This document shows positions 9,552-18,067 of a stretch of DNA of 64,000 bases, one piece after another (within the stretch, counting starts at the first letter, position 1; each line of letters starts with the position of its first letter). The translations under genes and the position numbers were made by a program. The notes beneath the pieces are model-generated. The model was not told the origin of the DNA, ran no database searches, and was given only the letters and a program-made list of their open reading frames with translations. The stretch spans positions 128,001-192,000 of the forward strand of contig JBBRPR010000007.1 of the NCBI GenBank assembly GCA_038227875.1, in the 5' to 3' direction. Origin of the DNA: Planctomycetota bacterium. GTDB taxonomy: Bacteria; Planctomycetota; SZUA-567; H5-PLA8.

Positions 9552-9998
9552 TTACTTATCCTCTGCCGCCGGAGCCTTTGAAACCGGCGGCAGTTCACCG
9601 GTCCACACCACGACCGACGTGGAGTCTGTCTTGAACTTGGCCAACTCTTCTTTCGTGCAGAAGAACACCGACGCAGAGGTATCAGTTCCCGTTTTCACTG
9701 CAGGACGCCAGAGCGCCACGCAAGCCGCTTCGCTCTTGATGCGATTGAGAATGTCAACCAGTCGCGAGCCCCCCATTCCGAGTTGCAGTGGATGATCGCC
9801 AATAGCTTTGGAACAGGTCAACCGAACCTCCCATTGATTCTTTCGCACGATGCGACCCAGCACTTCGCCCACGGTTTTCGTCTCCGGATTGAATGCAAAC
9901 ACTTCTCCGAGATTCACTTTGACATCCAACAGCTGAGCGTCCGCTTCGCCTGTCGGAAATTCTTCGAACAACGCGCGCACGTCTTCGACCTTTGGCAT
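9552..9998 (-). CDS. Hypothetical protein, possibly the frameshifted C-terminal half of the upstream gene
   Basis: ATG lies 5 nt after the upstream stop; the frame stays open upstream as DSAERLALVGVKI. Confidence 0.65.
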   Translation of the reverse strand: MPKVEDVRALFEEFPTGEADAQLLDVKVNLGEVFAFNPETKTVGEVLGRIVRKNQWEVRLTCSKAIGDHPLQLGMGGSRLVDILNRIKSEAACVALWRPAVKTGTDTSASVFFCTKEELAKFKTDSTSVVVWTGELPPVSKAPAAEDK

Positions 9999-10003
9999 AA
10001 TTT

Positions 10004-10540
10004 TCACGCCCACCAGGGCCAGACGCTCCGCGGAATCTTGTCGAATTTCCCAGACTCAATGCTGTAGGCACGATCATCGGTCCAGATCAACTTGTAGCCG
10101 TAGTCGGTGGAGGTGCTCGTATCGGGAATATATTTGGCTGTGCCTGCGTCGATGGCCGCGAACCGCGCCGGCGTGGCGAATAAAATCGCACCGTTTAGCA
10201 CGCGGTAGTCCAGCTTTGTGGCGTCCTTCATTTTGCGCAACGCTTCGCCGATGGTCACGTTCTCGACAGCAAGTGTGACCTCCACTGCGCTGTCTTCCTG
10301 CGCCACAGTCATGGGTATGCCGGTTGTGCGACTAAAGAATTCCACAGCGTCGCCCATGCGGGTCGCCAGTCGCAGCTTGATTCTCGAGAGCAGTATTTCG
10401 GCTGTGGCATTCACTACTTTGGCTGGCGGATGTCCACTTTCGCCGTCGGTCGTTTTGCCCGCATCCACTTTTTCCGCAGTCAGGCCTTGCAGCATGGTCA
10501 GAGCAGCCATTGCTGCGGCACACATCATTCCTGCTTTCAT
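10004..10540 (-). CDS. Secreted protein with an STN/N0-like domain
   Basis: GGAGG RBS, signal peptide, MGDAVEFFSRTTGIPM...VTLAVENVTIGEALRKM...DYRVLNGAILF pattern. Confidence 0.75.
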   Translation of the reverse strand: MKAGMMCAAAMAALTMLQGLTAEKVDAGKTTDGESGHPPAKVVNATAEILLSRIKLRLATRMGDAVEFFSRTTGIPMTVAQEDSAVEVTLAVENVTIGEALRKMKDATKLDYRVLNGAILFATPARFAAIDAGTAKYIPDTSTSTDYGYKLIWTDDRAYSIESGKFDKIPRSVWPWWA

Positions 10541-10559
10541 GTCGCCTCCTTGATTGCGA

Positions 10560-11672
10560 TTAGAATTCCGAATCCTTGCGCGGGGCCGACTTCTTTCCGG
10601 GCGGCAGTTCAAAGAGCACAGCGCCATTCATCACACGCATTTTCAGCTGCATCCGTTCTGCCAGTCTGCTCAGCAATTCCGCCGCGGTCACGTCGTCTAC
10701 GTGGAAGGAAATCAGTTCGCTGCCCATCGCCGCTTCAACATCAGAAGAGAGGCGAATGTTTACGCCCAGGGATTGCTGCAACGCGGTGGTAATCTCAGAC
10801 AGGGATTTGTGTTCAAACGTGCAACTCGCCGGCTTCAACAGGCTTCCGGATCCAGCGTCCAGCGGGGCGGCCTTGCGCACGGGCGAACGGTTCAACTTTT
10901 TCACTACTGCCGGAGTGATCAGCGTTTCATCGAGCAGTGCGAATCCGTCGAGTTGAATCGTGGCCGTGCCGCCGTTCTGCGCCTCAAAATAGGCGTATTC
11001 ATTATTCTGGGCGTTCTCCGCCACCACGGTGAAATAGTGCACCGGCCGCCGCTCGCCATTGATCTGATCCAGTTGGACGGCATGTTCAGGACTTGCCGAG
11101 ACGGAAAGCGTGCCGCTCCACAGTTCAATTCGCAACGGTTCGTCGCTGGTACCCAGGCGGATCAGCGTCCCCGGCGCAAGGGATACCCAGCGCTTGGAAG
11201 ACAGATAGATCTCGTTGAATGTCGTTGCTGACGCATTCTGAATCCAGTCGCCCGCGAAGCATTTCCCCCCGGGCAGCATGCGCGTCCAGGTTTCTCCGGT
11301 TCCGCGCCGGAACAAAGCGGGCGATTCAGAGTCCGCGGTACCCATCACCACCGCGTCGCCGTCTGCCGCCGCGATCTTCTGTGACGGATGGCGCGGCGTG
11401 ACCTGGGGCGTACCGCTCCAAGCCAGCGCGAGCCCCAACATTCCCGCCATCAACCCCGCTACGAGTGCTGACGGCCAGTGGCTTACCGGCTTTTGCGATT
11501 TGAAATCGGAAACAAATGCCTTGACTGGCGCGGTTCTTTGACCGGCGGCGCGGATCTTTTTCAAGCGCTCGGAGGCCGTCACGGGCACTCCTCCTTCGCG
11601 CACCCAGATCCCAGCCGCGGCTTCCAGTGCGCGCACATCCCCGGCTCCCAGGCCGATGTCGTCGTCGCTCAT
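10560..11672 (-). CDS. FecR-like anti-sigma factor (one TM, FecR beta domain, C-terminal STN-like domain)
   Basis: Overlaps the ECF sigma stop (ATGA); TM at aa ~68-85; VSLAPGTLIRL...IELWSGTL FecR pattern. Confidence 0.8.
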   Translation of the reverse strand: MSDDDIGLGAGDVRALEAAAGIWVREGGVPVTASERLKKIRAAGQRTAPVKAFVSDFKSQKPVSHWPSALVAGLMAGMLGLALAWSGTPQVTPRHPSQKIAAADGDAVVMGTADSESPALFRRGTGETWTRMLPGGKCFAGDWIQNASATTFNEIYLSSKRWVSLAPGTLIRLGTSDEPLRIELWSGTLSVSASPEHAVQLDQINGERRPVHYFTVVAENAQNNEYAYFEAQNGGTATIQLDGFALLDETLITPAVVKKLNRSPVRKAAPLDAGSGSLLKPASCTFEHKSLSEITTALQQSLGVNIRLSSDVEAAMGSELISFHVDDVTAAELLSRLAERMQLKMRVMNGAVLFELPPGKKSAPRKDSEF

Positions 11673-12256
11673 GATGGATCCTCTTCAGTCAGCACGGCGC
11701 GAATCGCGTGAACGGCGCGAAAGATTCGCGAGCGCACGGTGCCCGCGCGCTGGCCAACGATGCGGCCAATCTCACCACACTCCAAATGGTGGAAAAATCG
11801 CAACACAATGATCTCTCGCAGGTCTGGCGGCAAACGGTCCAGCGCAGCGGCAATGCGGCCCAGATCTTCCTGGGCGATTAGCGCGTCTGACGGAAGCGCC
11901 GTGGCCTGGGTTTCCTCGTCGCGCGGCGCGTACTCTTCGCGGACGCGGTGTTTGCGCAGCAAGCTCAATCCCGTATTGCGCGCAATGCACAGCAACCACG
12001 TGTCGAAGACGTCCGCTGAGTGCGCGAATTCGGGAAGCTTTTGCACCATCCGCATCAGCGCATCCTGCGTGACATCCTCAGCCCAATCCGGGCGCCTAAC
12101 GATGGCTCGAGCCAACGCGTAGACGCGCGGCTGCATGCGCTCGATCAAGGCCTCCAACGCAGGCTCATCGCCGCGCAGAGCCGCCGCGATCAGCGTGCGC
12201 AACTTCGCGTCGTGCGTTGAGGATGTAGACCGAGGGATGTCCATGACGTGTGCCAT
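11669..12256 (-). CDS. ECF sigma-70 factor
   Basis: Region 2 AEDVTQD...FDTWLLCIARN; region 4 LDRLPPDLREIIVLR...GTVRSRIFRA. Confidence 0.95.
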   Translation of the reverse strand: MAHVMDIPRSTSSTHDAKLRTLIAAALRGDEPALEALIERMQPRVYALARAIVRRPDWAEDVTQDALMRMVQKLPEFAHSADVFDTWLLCIARNTGLSLLRKHRVREEYAPRDEETQATALPSDALIAQEDLGRIAAALDRLPPDLREIIVLRFFHHLECGEIGRIVGQRAGTVRSRIFRAVHAIRAVLTEEDPS

Positions 12257-12266
12257 CGTAGAGGAA

Positions 12267-12292
12267 TACGCGGCGGAGTGGCACGCGTTACA
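12267..12292 (-). promoter_or_regulatory. Putative autoregulated ECF promoter
   Basis: TGTAAC-N16-CGTA, 10 nt upstream of the sigma ATG; matches the general AAC/CGT ECF consensus. Confidence 0.65.
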
Positions 12293-12313
12293 GATTCTGA
12301 AGAAAAATCCGCG

Positions 12314-12676
12314 CTACTTCGCTGGCGATGTCAACGTTTCAACGGGCGCAGCCTCGTCCGCCTCCACATGCCAGAACGTCATCACCAACCCACCGGCGAT
12401 GATCAGTGCTCCGCCGGCGAGCATCGGCGTCTTGATTTTCTCGTGGAAGAAGAAGTACGAGATCAATTGCGCGACGACGAAGAAGACGGCGATGTAGACA
12501 CCCATCAGGCGGCTCATTTCCCACTTCGGCACGTTGACGACCAGCCCGTACGAAAAGAGCACGATCGCGCCGAGCACAAAGCCGAGCGTCTTCCCCTGCT
12601 GCACGCCCCAACGGACCAGCGAATCGCCGCCCACTTCCAGCACGGCCGCCACCACAAGAATGAACATTTCGCGCAT
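12314..12676 (-). CDS. Small 4-TM DMT/SMR-like protein (YnfA-like)
   Basis: AAVLEVGGD membrane Glu in TM1, SRLMGVY motif, four TM helices. Confidence 0.8.
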   Translation of the reverse strand: MREMFILVVAAVLEVGGDSLVRWGVQQGKTLGFVLGAIVLFSYGLVVNVPKWEMSRLMGVYIAVFFVVAQLISYFFFHEKIKTPMLAGGALIIAGGLVMTFWHVEADEAAPVETLTSPAK

Positions 12677-12927
12677 GACGCATCGACCCTCAAGATTGGA
12701 GATTCGGGTCAGCGTAGAGGATGCGACGACGGACGCAAATCGGTCTAGGTTACTGCGACACCTGCCGCGACGATAATTAGATGCGGCGAGAAATGCCCCG
12801 TGGGTCCTGGCAACGGAAGCGGAAATACCGCGTGACACCCGTTTTGGGACCCACTTGGGAAAAGATTCGTCGGGGGTTCCCGGCCCCCGCCCTTTTCGCC
12901 CTTGCTTCGTGCGCAAATTCTGCAACC

Positions 12928-12956
12928 TTTACGTTCTTCAGCGCTTCTTTTACACT
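12928..12956 (+). promoter_or_regulatory. Putative sigma70 promoter of the liv operon
   Basis: TTTACG-N17-TACACT about 45 nt upstream of the ATG. Confidence 0.4.
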
Positions 12957-13000
12957 GCTCGCTTCAAGGCCCAGTTTCCGCGTTGGTTTGGAGATCTCGA

Positions 13001-14158
13001 ATGTCCACATCTGTACGAGTCCTGATTGGAGCGATTGTCGTCGGTCTCGGCTTAATCCTGGCGTCCTGCAGTTCCCCCGGAACGCCGGCGAAGGCCAACG
13101 AAAACGAAGCGCTGATCGGCGCGAATCTGGAACTCTCCGGCGAGTCTGCGCCGTGGGGGCAGGATTCCAAGAATGGCATCGAACTGGCGCTGAAGGAAGT
13201 CAACGCCAACCCGCAGCAACGTGTGAAACTGAAAGTCATTTTCGAAGATGACAAATCCGAACCGGCTGCTTCCAAGAATGCGATGAAGAAACTGATCACG
13301 CAAGACGGTGTCATCGCGGTGATCGGCGCGGTCGGCTCCAACCGGACGCTGGCGGCCTGCGACGTGGCCAAGGAAGAGAAAGTTCCGCTGATGACCCACG
13401 CGTCGACCAATGTGACGATTACCGAAAAGGGAGGCGAGTACGTCTCGCAGATCTGCTTCGACGACAATTTTCAAGGCTCCGTGATGGCCAAGTTCGCGCG
13501 CAACAGCCTGAAGGCCGATACTGCCGTGATCATGGTCTCCAAAGGCAACGCCTACTCCGAAGGCCTTGCCGATTCCTTCCGCAAGACGTTCACGGGACTC
13601 GGTGGCAAGATCGTCGATGAACTGGCGTATCAGAAAGGCACGCAGGATTTCAAAACCCACGTCACGACGTTGAAGCAGCAAAACCCGGCGGTGGTGTGGC
13701 TCCCGGGGTACTTCAACGAAGTCGGATTGATCGTAAAGCAGGCGCGCGAAGCCGGATTCCAGGCGCCGTTCCTCGGCGGCGACGGTTGGGACGACAAGGA
13801 ACTCTTCCGCCTCGCCGGCGTCGCGATCAAGGGCAACTACGTCTGCAATCACTTCGATCCGGGCGATCCCAATCCGGTCGTGCAGGATTTCGTGAAGAAG
13901 TACGAGCAGGCCTACAAGACCAAGCCCGGCGCGATGGCTGCGCTGGGTTACGACGCGCTCTTTGCCATGGCCGACGCCGCCAACCGCGCCTCACCGCTGA
14001 CGCCCGAAGGGATGAAGAACGCGATCAATTCCATGAAGGGCGTCAAAGGCGTCTGCGGCACGATCACCATGGAAGCCAACCGCGAAACGATCAAGGACGC
14101 CGTGGTGCTCGAGACCGATGAGAAGGACTTCAAGTACAAGGAAACGATTAAGCCTTAG
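13001..14158 (+). CDS. livK: Branched-chain amino acid ABC transporter substrate-binding lipoprotein
   Basis: Lipobox LASC; ELSG, EDDKS, GGDGW, ALGYDA motifs. Confidence 0.9.
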   Translation: MSTSVRVLIGAIVVGLGLILASCSSPGTPAKANENEALIGANLELSGESAPWGQDSKNGIELALKEVNANPQQRVKLKVIFEDDKSEPAASKNAMKKLITQDGVIAVIGAVGSNRTLAACDVAKEEKVPLMTHASTNVTITEKGGEYVSQICFDDNFQGSVMAKFARNSLKADTAVIMVSKGNAYSEGLADSFRKTFTGLGGKIVDELAYQKGTQDFKTHVTTLKQQNPAVVWLPGYFNEVGLIVKQAREAGFQAPFLGGDGWDDKELFRLAGVAIKGNYVCNHFDPGDPNPVVQDFVKKYEQAYKTKPGAMAALGYDALFAMADAANRASPLTPEGMKNAINSMKGVKGVCGTITMEANRETIKDAVVLETDEKDFKYKETIKP

Positions 14159-14260
14159 CAGCCCGTTGATAAGCCCCTGTACTGCGCCGCGAAACGCCTT
14201 TACTGCCAGGCGTTTCACGGAGAAATTCGGCGGAATTGACTTTTTTCAACGGGCTGTTAG
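14155..14260. mobile_element. MITE (98 bp, 14159-14256) with 14-bp TIRs and a TTAG target duplication
   Basis: TTAG|CAGCCCGTTGATAA ... TTTTCAACGGGCTG|TTAG (13/14 match); internal hairpin GAAACGCCT/AGGCGTTTC. Confidence 0.75.
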
Positions 14261-15376
14261 ATGCTGCAATTCATCAACTATCTTCTCAACGGCCTGTCGC
14301 TGGGCTGCATCTACGCCTTGATCGCCGTCGGCTACACCATGGTCTACGGCATCATCAAGTTGATCAACTTCGCGCACGGCGAGTTCTACATGTTCGGCGC
14401 GTTCGTCGGCTACTTCGCGCTGATCGCCATGGGCGGCGACGCCAACGGACATGACCTCGGCCTGCTGGCGCTGCTTGGCGCGATGATCGTCGGCGGACTT
14501 GGCACCGGTATGCTCGCGCTGATCGTTGAGCGGATCGTTTACCGTCCACTGCGCAAATCCGGGCGCATCGTGGCGCTGCTGGCGGCGCTGGGCGTCTCGC
14601 TGTTCCTCCAGAACAGCGCGCAACAGACAGTAGGGGCAAAGGACCGCACCTTCGTTCACACAATTACCAGCGAACGCTACCCGCGCTGGGCGCTCAAGCC
14701 CGAGGACCTGCACGAACACCAGGTCGCCGAAAGCGACATTGCCGTCGTTTATTCGCGGCCAGTGGAAGACGGACGGATCACGCTGGTCGAGAACATCGCT
14801 ACGCGCGGCAACACGATTGAAAAGGCCGACGTCGAACGCATGAACGCTATCTTGAAAGCGGATCAGTCCGGCGCGACGGTCTACGGTTACCCGGCGATCA
14901 CGGTCTCCAACGCGCAAGGCTTGATCGTCATGGTGCTGATCATGACCACGATGGCGCTCTACGTTCTGGTCCAGCGGACGCGCTTCGGCCGCGCGATGCG
15001 CGCCGTCTCGCACGATTTCGAAGCGGCGTCGCTGATGGGCATCAACGTCGACCGCGTCGTGGCCGGAACGTTTTTCGTCGGCGCGGTCGTGGCGGGATTT
15101 GGCGGCACGCTGGCCGGCGGGATGTACTACAACCAGATCGGTCCGCTCATGGGATTGATGCCAGGCCTGAAAGCGTTCGTCGCGGCCGTCTTCGGTGGGA
15201 TCGGCAGCATTCCCGGCGCGCTACTGGGCGGCGTGCTGCTGGGAATTTCGGAGAAGCTGGTCGAAGCCTACTTCTCGTCGCTCTACTCCGATGCGTTTAC
15301 GTTTACGATTCTGATTCTGGTGCTGCTCTTCCGGCCCAGCGGTCTGCTCGGTCGGCCGGGAACGGACAAGGTCTAG
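14261..15376 (+). CDS. livH: Branched-chain amino acid ABC permease with a hydrophilic insertion
   Basis: YALIAVGYTMVYGIIKLINFAHGE, GRAMRA, KAFVAAVFGGIGS, RPSGLLG. Confidence 0.95.
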   Translation: MLQFINYLLNGLSLGCIYALIAVGYTMVYGIIKLINFAHGEFYMFGAFVGYFALIAMGGDANGHDLGLLALLGAMIVGGLGTGMLALIVERIVYRPLRKSGRIVALLAALGVSLFLQNSAQQTVGAKDRTFVHTITSERYPRWALKPEDLHEHQVAESDIAVVYSRPVEDGRITLVENIATRGNTIEKADVERMNAILKADQSGATVYGYPAITVSNAQGLIVMVLIMTTMALYVLVQRTRFGRAMRAVSHDFEAASLMGINVDRVVAGTFFVGAVVAGFGGTLAGGMYYNQIGPLMGLMPGLKAFVAAVFGGIGSIPGALLGGVLLGISEKLVEAYFSSLYSDAFTFTILILVLLFRPSGLLGRPGTDKV

Positions 15377-15379
15377 CGC

Positions 15380-16381
15380 ATGAATTTCGACCGCATGCTC
15401 TCGTTCTGGGGTCACCACGGCATCATGCTGTGCATCTGGTTGACGCTGACCTTGTCGCTAAACCTGATCAACGGCTTCTGCGGTCTTTTCTCACTGGGCC
15501 ATCAAGGTTTCTGGGCCATCGGCGCGTACGCCGCTGGCGCGACGATGGTCTACTTGCCACCGCATATCGGCGCGAGCTGGATCGGTTTTGTCTTGAGCTT
15601 CGGAACCGGCGCGCTGGCGGCTGCTGCGTTCGGATTTCTCGTCGGCCTGCCGTGCCTGCGACTCAAGGGCGACTACCTCGCCATCGCCACGCTCGGCTTC
15701 AGCGAGATTCTGCGCAACGTCATTCAGAATTCCCAGACGCTCGGCCGCTCGCTGGGACTGAGCGTTCCCAATGTCGTCCACGATCAATTCATCAACCTCG
15801 ATAACGCACGTCGCCTGGGCTACTACTTCTATCTCACGATCGCCGTCGTGCTGGTGCTGGGCACGCTGCTGATCCTGAGCAACTTGATCCGCTCGGCTCA
15901 CGGGCGTGCGATACAGGCCATTCGCGACGACGAACGCGCCGCAGAGCTCGTCGGCGTCAACCTCACGTACTACAAGATGATCGTCTTTATCATCGGCGCG
16001 GGTTTCGCTGGTCTGGCCGGCGCACTCTATGCCAATTACAACGGCCTCGTCACGCCAGACGACTTCAACTTCAACGCCGGCGTGCTGATGGTCGTAATGG
16101 TCGTGCTCGGCGGCATGGGGAGCTTTACCGGAACCATCCTGGCGACCACGATCCTCTACTTTCTTCCAGTGCTGCTCGCGATGTTTCTGCCCAACACGAA
16201 GGTGCCGATCTTCTGGGATCCGACGCAGGGCGGCGTGGTCTACCGCGAAGTCAAAGAACTCTGGCAGGCACTCTTCTCGCTGCTGCTGATCGCCGTCGTG
16301 CTGCTCCGTCCGCAAGGCATCATGGGCAGCTGGCGGTTCCGCAAAAAGCGCACGGCTCCGGTTTCCGGAGCGCCGTCATGA
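15380..16381 (+). CDS. livM: Branched-chain amino acid ABC permease
   Basis: LRLKGDYLAIATLGF, GRAIQAIRDDE, VVLGGMGS, RPQGIMG. Confidence 0.95.
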   Translation: MNFDRMLSFWGHHGIMLCIWLTLTLSLNLINGFCGLFSLGHQGFWAIGAYAAGATMVYLPPHIGASWIGFVLSFGTGALAAAAFGFLVGLPCLRLKGDYLAIATLGFSEILRNVIQNSQTLGRSLGLSVPNVVHDQFINLDNARRLGYYFYLTIAVVLVLGTLLILSNLIRSAHGRAIQAIRDDERAAELVGVNLTYYKMIVFIIGAGFAGLAGALYANYNGLVTPDDFNFNAGVLMVVMVVLGGMGSFTGTILATTILYFLPVLLAMFLPNTKVPIFWDPTQGGVVYREVKELWQALFSLLLIAVVLLRPQGIMGSWRFRKKRTAPVSGAPS

Positions 16382-17193
16382 CCGAGTCTGCCGTCGCGTC
16401 CCCCACTCCATCGGCCAGCACGGAAGCGCCCATGCTGAACGTCACCGGTATCAGTAAGCGCTTCGGCGGCCTCACGGCCGTCGCGGACTTCTCCGTCAAG
16501 CTCGCACCCAACGAAATCATCGGCGTCATCGGCCCGAATGGTGCCGGCAAGACCACCGTCTTCAATTTGCTCACCGGCGTCTACACAATCGACAGCGGTT
16601 CGATCCTGCTCAACGGAATTAGCATCACCGGACAATCGCCAGACCGCGTCACCGCCTGCGGCATCGCGCGGACCTTCCAGAACATCCGTCTCTTCCGTGA
16701 AATGACGGTGCTCGAGAACGTGAAAGTCGGCTTCGAATCGCGTCGCTCCGCGAACCTGCTGAGCACGCTGGTGCGGCACTCCTCCTTCCGCAGCGAAGAG
16801 CGCGACATCGAAACCAAGGCGCTGGAACTGCTCGCGCTATTCGGCCTGGACGCAGTCGCCGACGACATCAGCCGTAATCTTCCTTACGGTCAGCAGCGCA
16901 AATTGGAGATCGCCCGCGCGCTGGCCTCCTCACCGCGCGTCCTGCTGCTCGACGAACCGGCCGCTGGCATGAACGAATCGGAATCCGAAGCGCTGCGCGA
17001 GCTGCTCACGAACGTCCGCCAGCGCTTCAACCTCTCGATGCTGGTGATCGAACACGACATGCCCTTCGTTATGGGCCTGGTGCAGCGCCTCATCGTTCTC
17101 GATCACGGCACGATCATCGCGCAAGGCACGCCGAAGGAAGTGCGCGAGAATCCCGCCGTGATCGAAGCGTATCTGGGCAAAGAGGACGCATGA
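16378..17193 (+). CDS. livG: Branched-chain amino acid ABC ATP-binding protein
   Basis: GPNGAGKTT, RTFQNIRLF, LPYGQQR, LLLDEPAAG, IEHDM. Confidence 0.95.
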   Translation: MTESAVASPTPSASTEAPMLNVTGISKRFGGLTAVADFSVKLAPNEIIGVIGPNGAGKTTVFNLLTGVYTIDSGSILLNGISITGQSPDRVTACGIARTFQNIRLFREMTVLENVKVGFESRRSANLLSTLVRHSSFRSEERDIETKALELLALFGLDAVADDISRNLPYGQQRKLEIARALASSPRVLLLDEPAAGMNESESEALRELLTNVRQRFNLSMLVIEHDMPFVMGLVQRLIVLDHGTIIAQGTPKEVRENPAVIEAYLGKEDA

Positions 17194-17930
17194 GCGACGC
17201 GCCAACAAACTCCCTCTCCAACGTGCTGCTGAAAGTCGACGCAATGGACGTCCACTACGGCGGCATCCACGCGGTGAAGAATATCTCGCTCGTCGCGAAG
17301 GCCGGAGAGCTCACCACGCTGATCGGCGCCAACGGAGCCGGAAAGACGACGACGCTGAAAGCAATCTGCGGACTGCTCAAGCCCTCGCGCGGCACCGTGG
17401 AGTTCGCCGGCCGCGACATCGCCGGCTCGCCGCCGAACATCAATGTGCAACGCGGCCTGGTTTTGTGTCCCGAAGGCCGCCACATTTTCCCAGACCTGAC
17501 AGTCGACGAGAACCTCGATCTGGGCGCGTACACGCGCCACGATCACGCCGAGATCCGCGCCGACGTGCGTAAAATGCACGATATGTTCCCCATCTTAAAG
17601 GAGCGTGCTTCACAATTGGCCGGCACGTTGTCGGGGGGTGAGCAGCAAATGCTGGCGATCGGACGCGCCTTGATGGCGCGTCCTAAGTTGTTGATGCTCG
17701 ATGAGCCGAGCTTGGGACTCGCGCCGCTGCTGGTCTCACGTATTTTCAGTGTGCTGAAAGACTTAAAGTCAGCGCACGTCACCATTCTACTCGTGGAGCA
17801 GAATGCGCGTCAGGCACTGGAAATTGCTGACCAGGCGTACGTTCTGGAAACAGGGCGCGTTGTGAAGACCGGCCCCGCCAAGCAATTGGCCAGCGATCCG
17901 CACATTATGCACGCCTACCTTGGCGGCTAA
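17190..17930 (+). CDS. livF: Branched-chain amino acid ABC ATP-binding protein
   Basis: GANGAGKTT, PEGR, LSGGEQQMLA, LDEPSLGLAP, VEQN. Confidence 0.95.
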   Translation: MSDAPTNSLSNVLLKVDAMDVHYGGIHAVKNISLVAKAGELTTLIGANGAGKTTTLKAICGLLKPSRGTVEFAGRDIAGSPPNINVQRGLVLCPEGRHIFPDLTVDENLDLGAYTRHDHAEIRADVRKMHDMFPILKERASQLAGTLSGGEQQMLAIGRALMARPKLLMLDEPSLGLAPLLVSRIFSVLKDLKSAHVTILLVEQNARQALEIADQAYVLETGRVVKTGPAKQLASDPHIMHAYLGG

Positions 17931-18067
17931 TCCAAGTCCTTTAATTGCATATATTTATATCATGAATGAAGTTTGAGAAACGTCGCGCCTGCACGCGACA
18001 TTTCGGGCTTATCGGTTATCATCTGAAATTGTTAAGTTGTTTCGCACACGGCGCTTCGGTGGGCGTT

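Noticed and set aside
10040..10055. Programmed -1 frameshift at GGGAAAT
   Set aside because: The heptamer is not in the X XXY YYZ register of the upstream reading frame.
12677..12800. Guanidine riboswitch upstream of the SMR-like gene
   Set aside because: No twin ACGR-loop hairpins and no guanidine-I or guanidine-III consensus seen.
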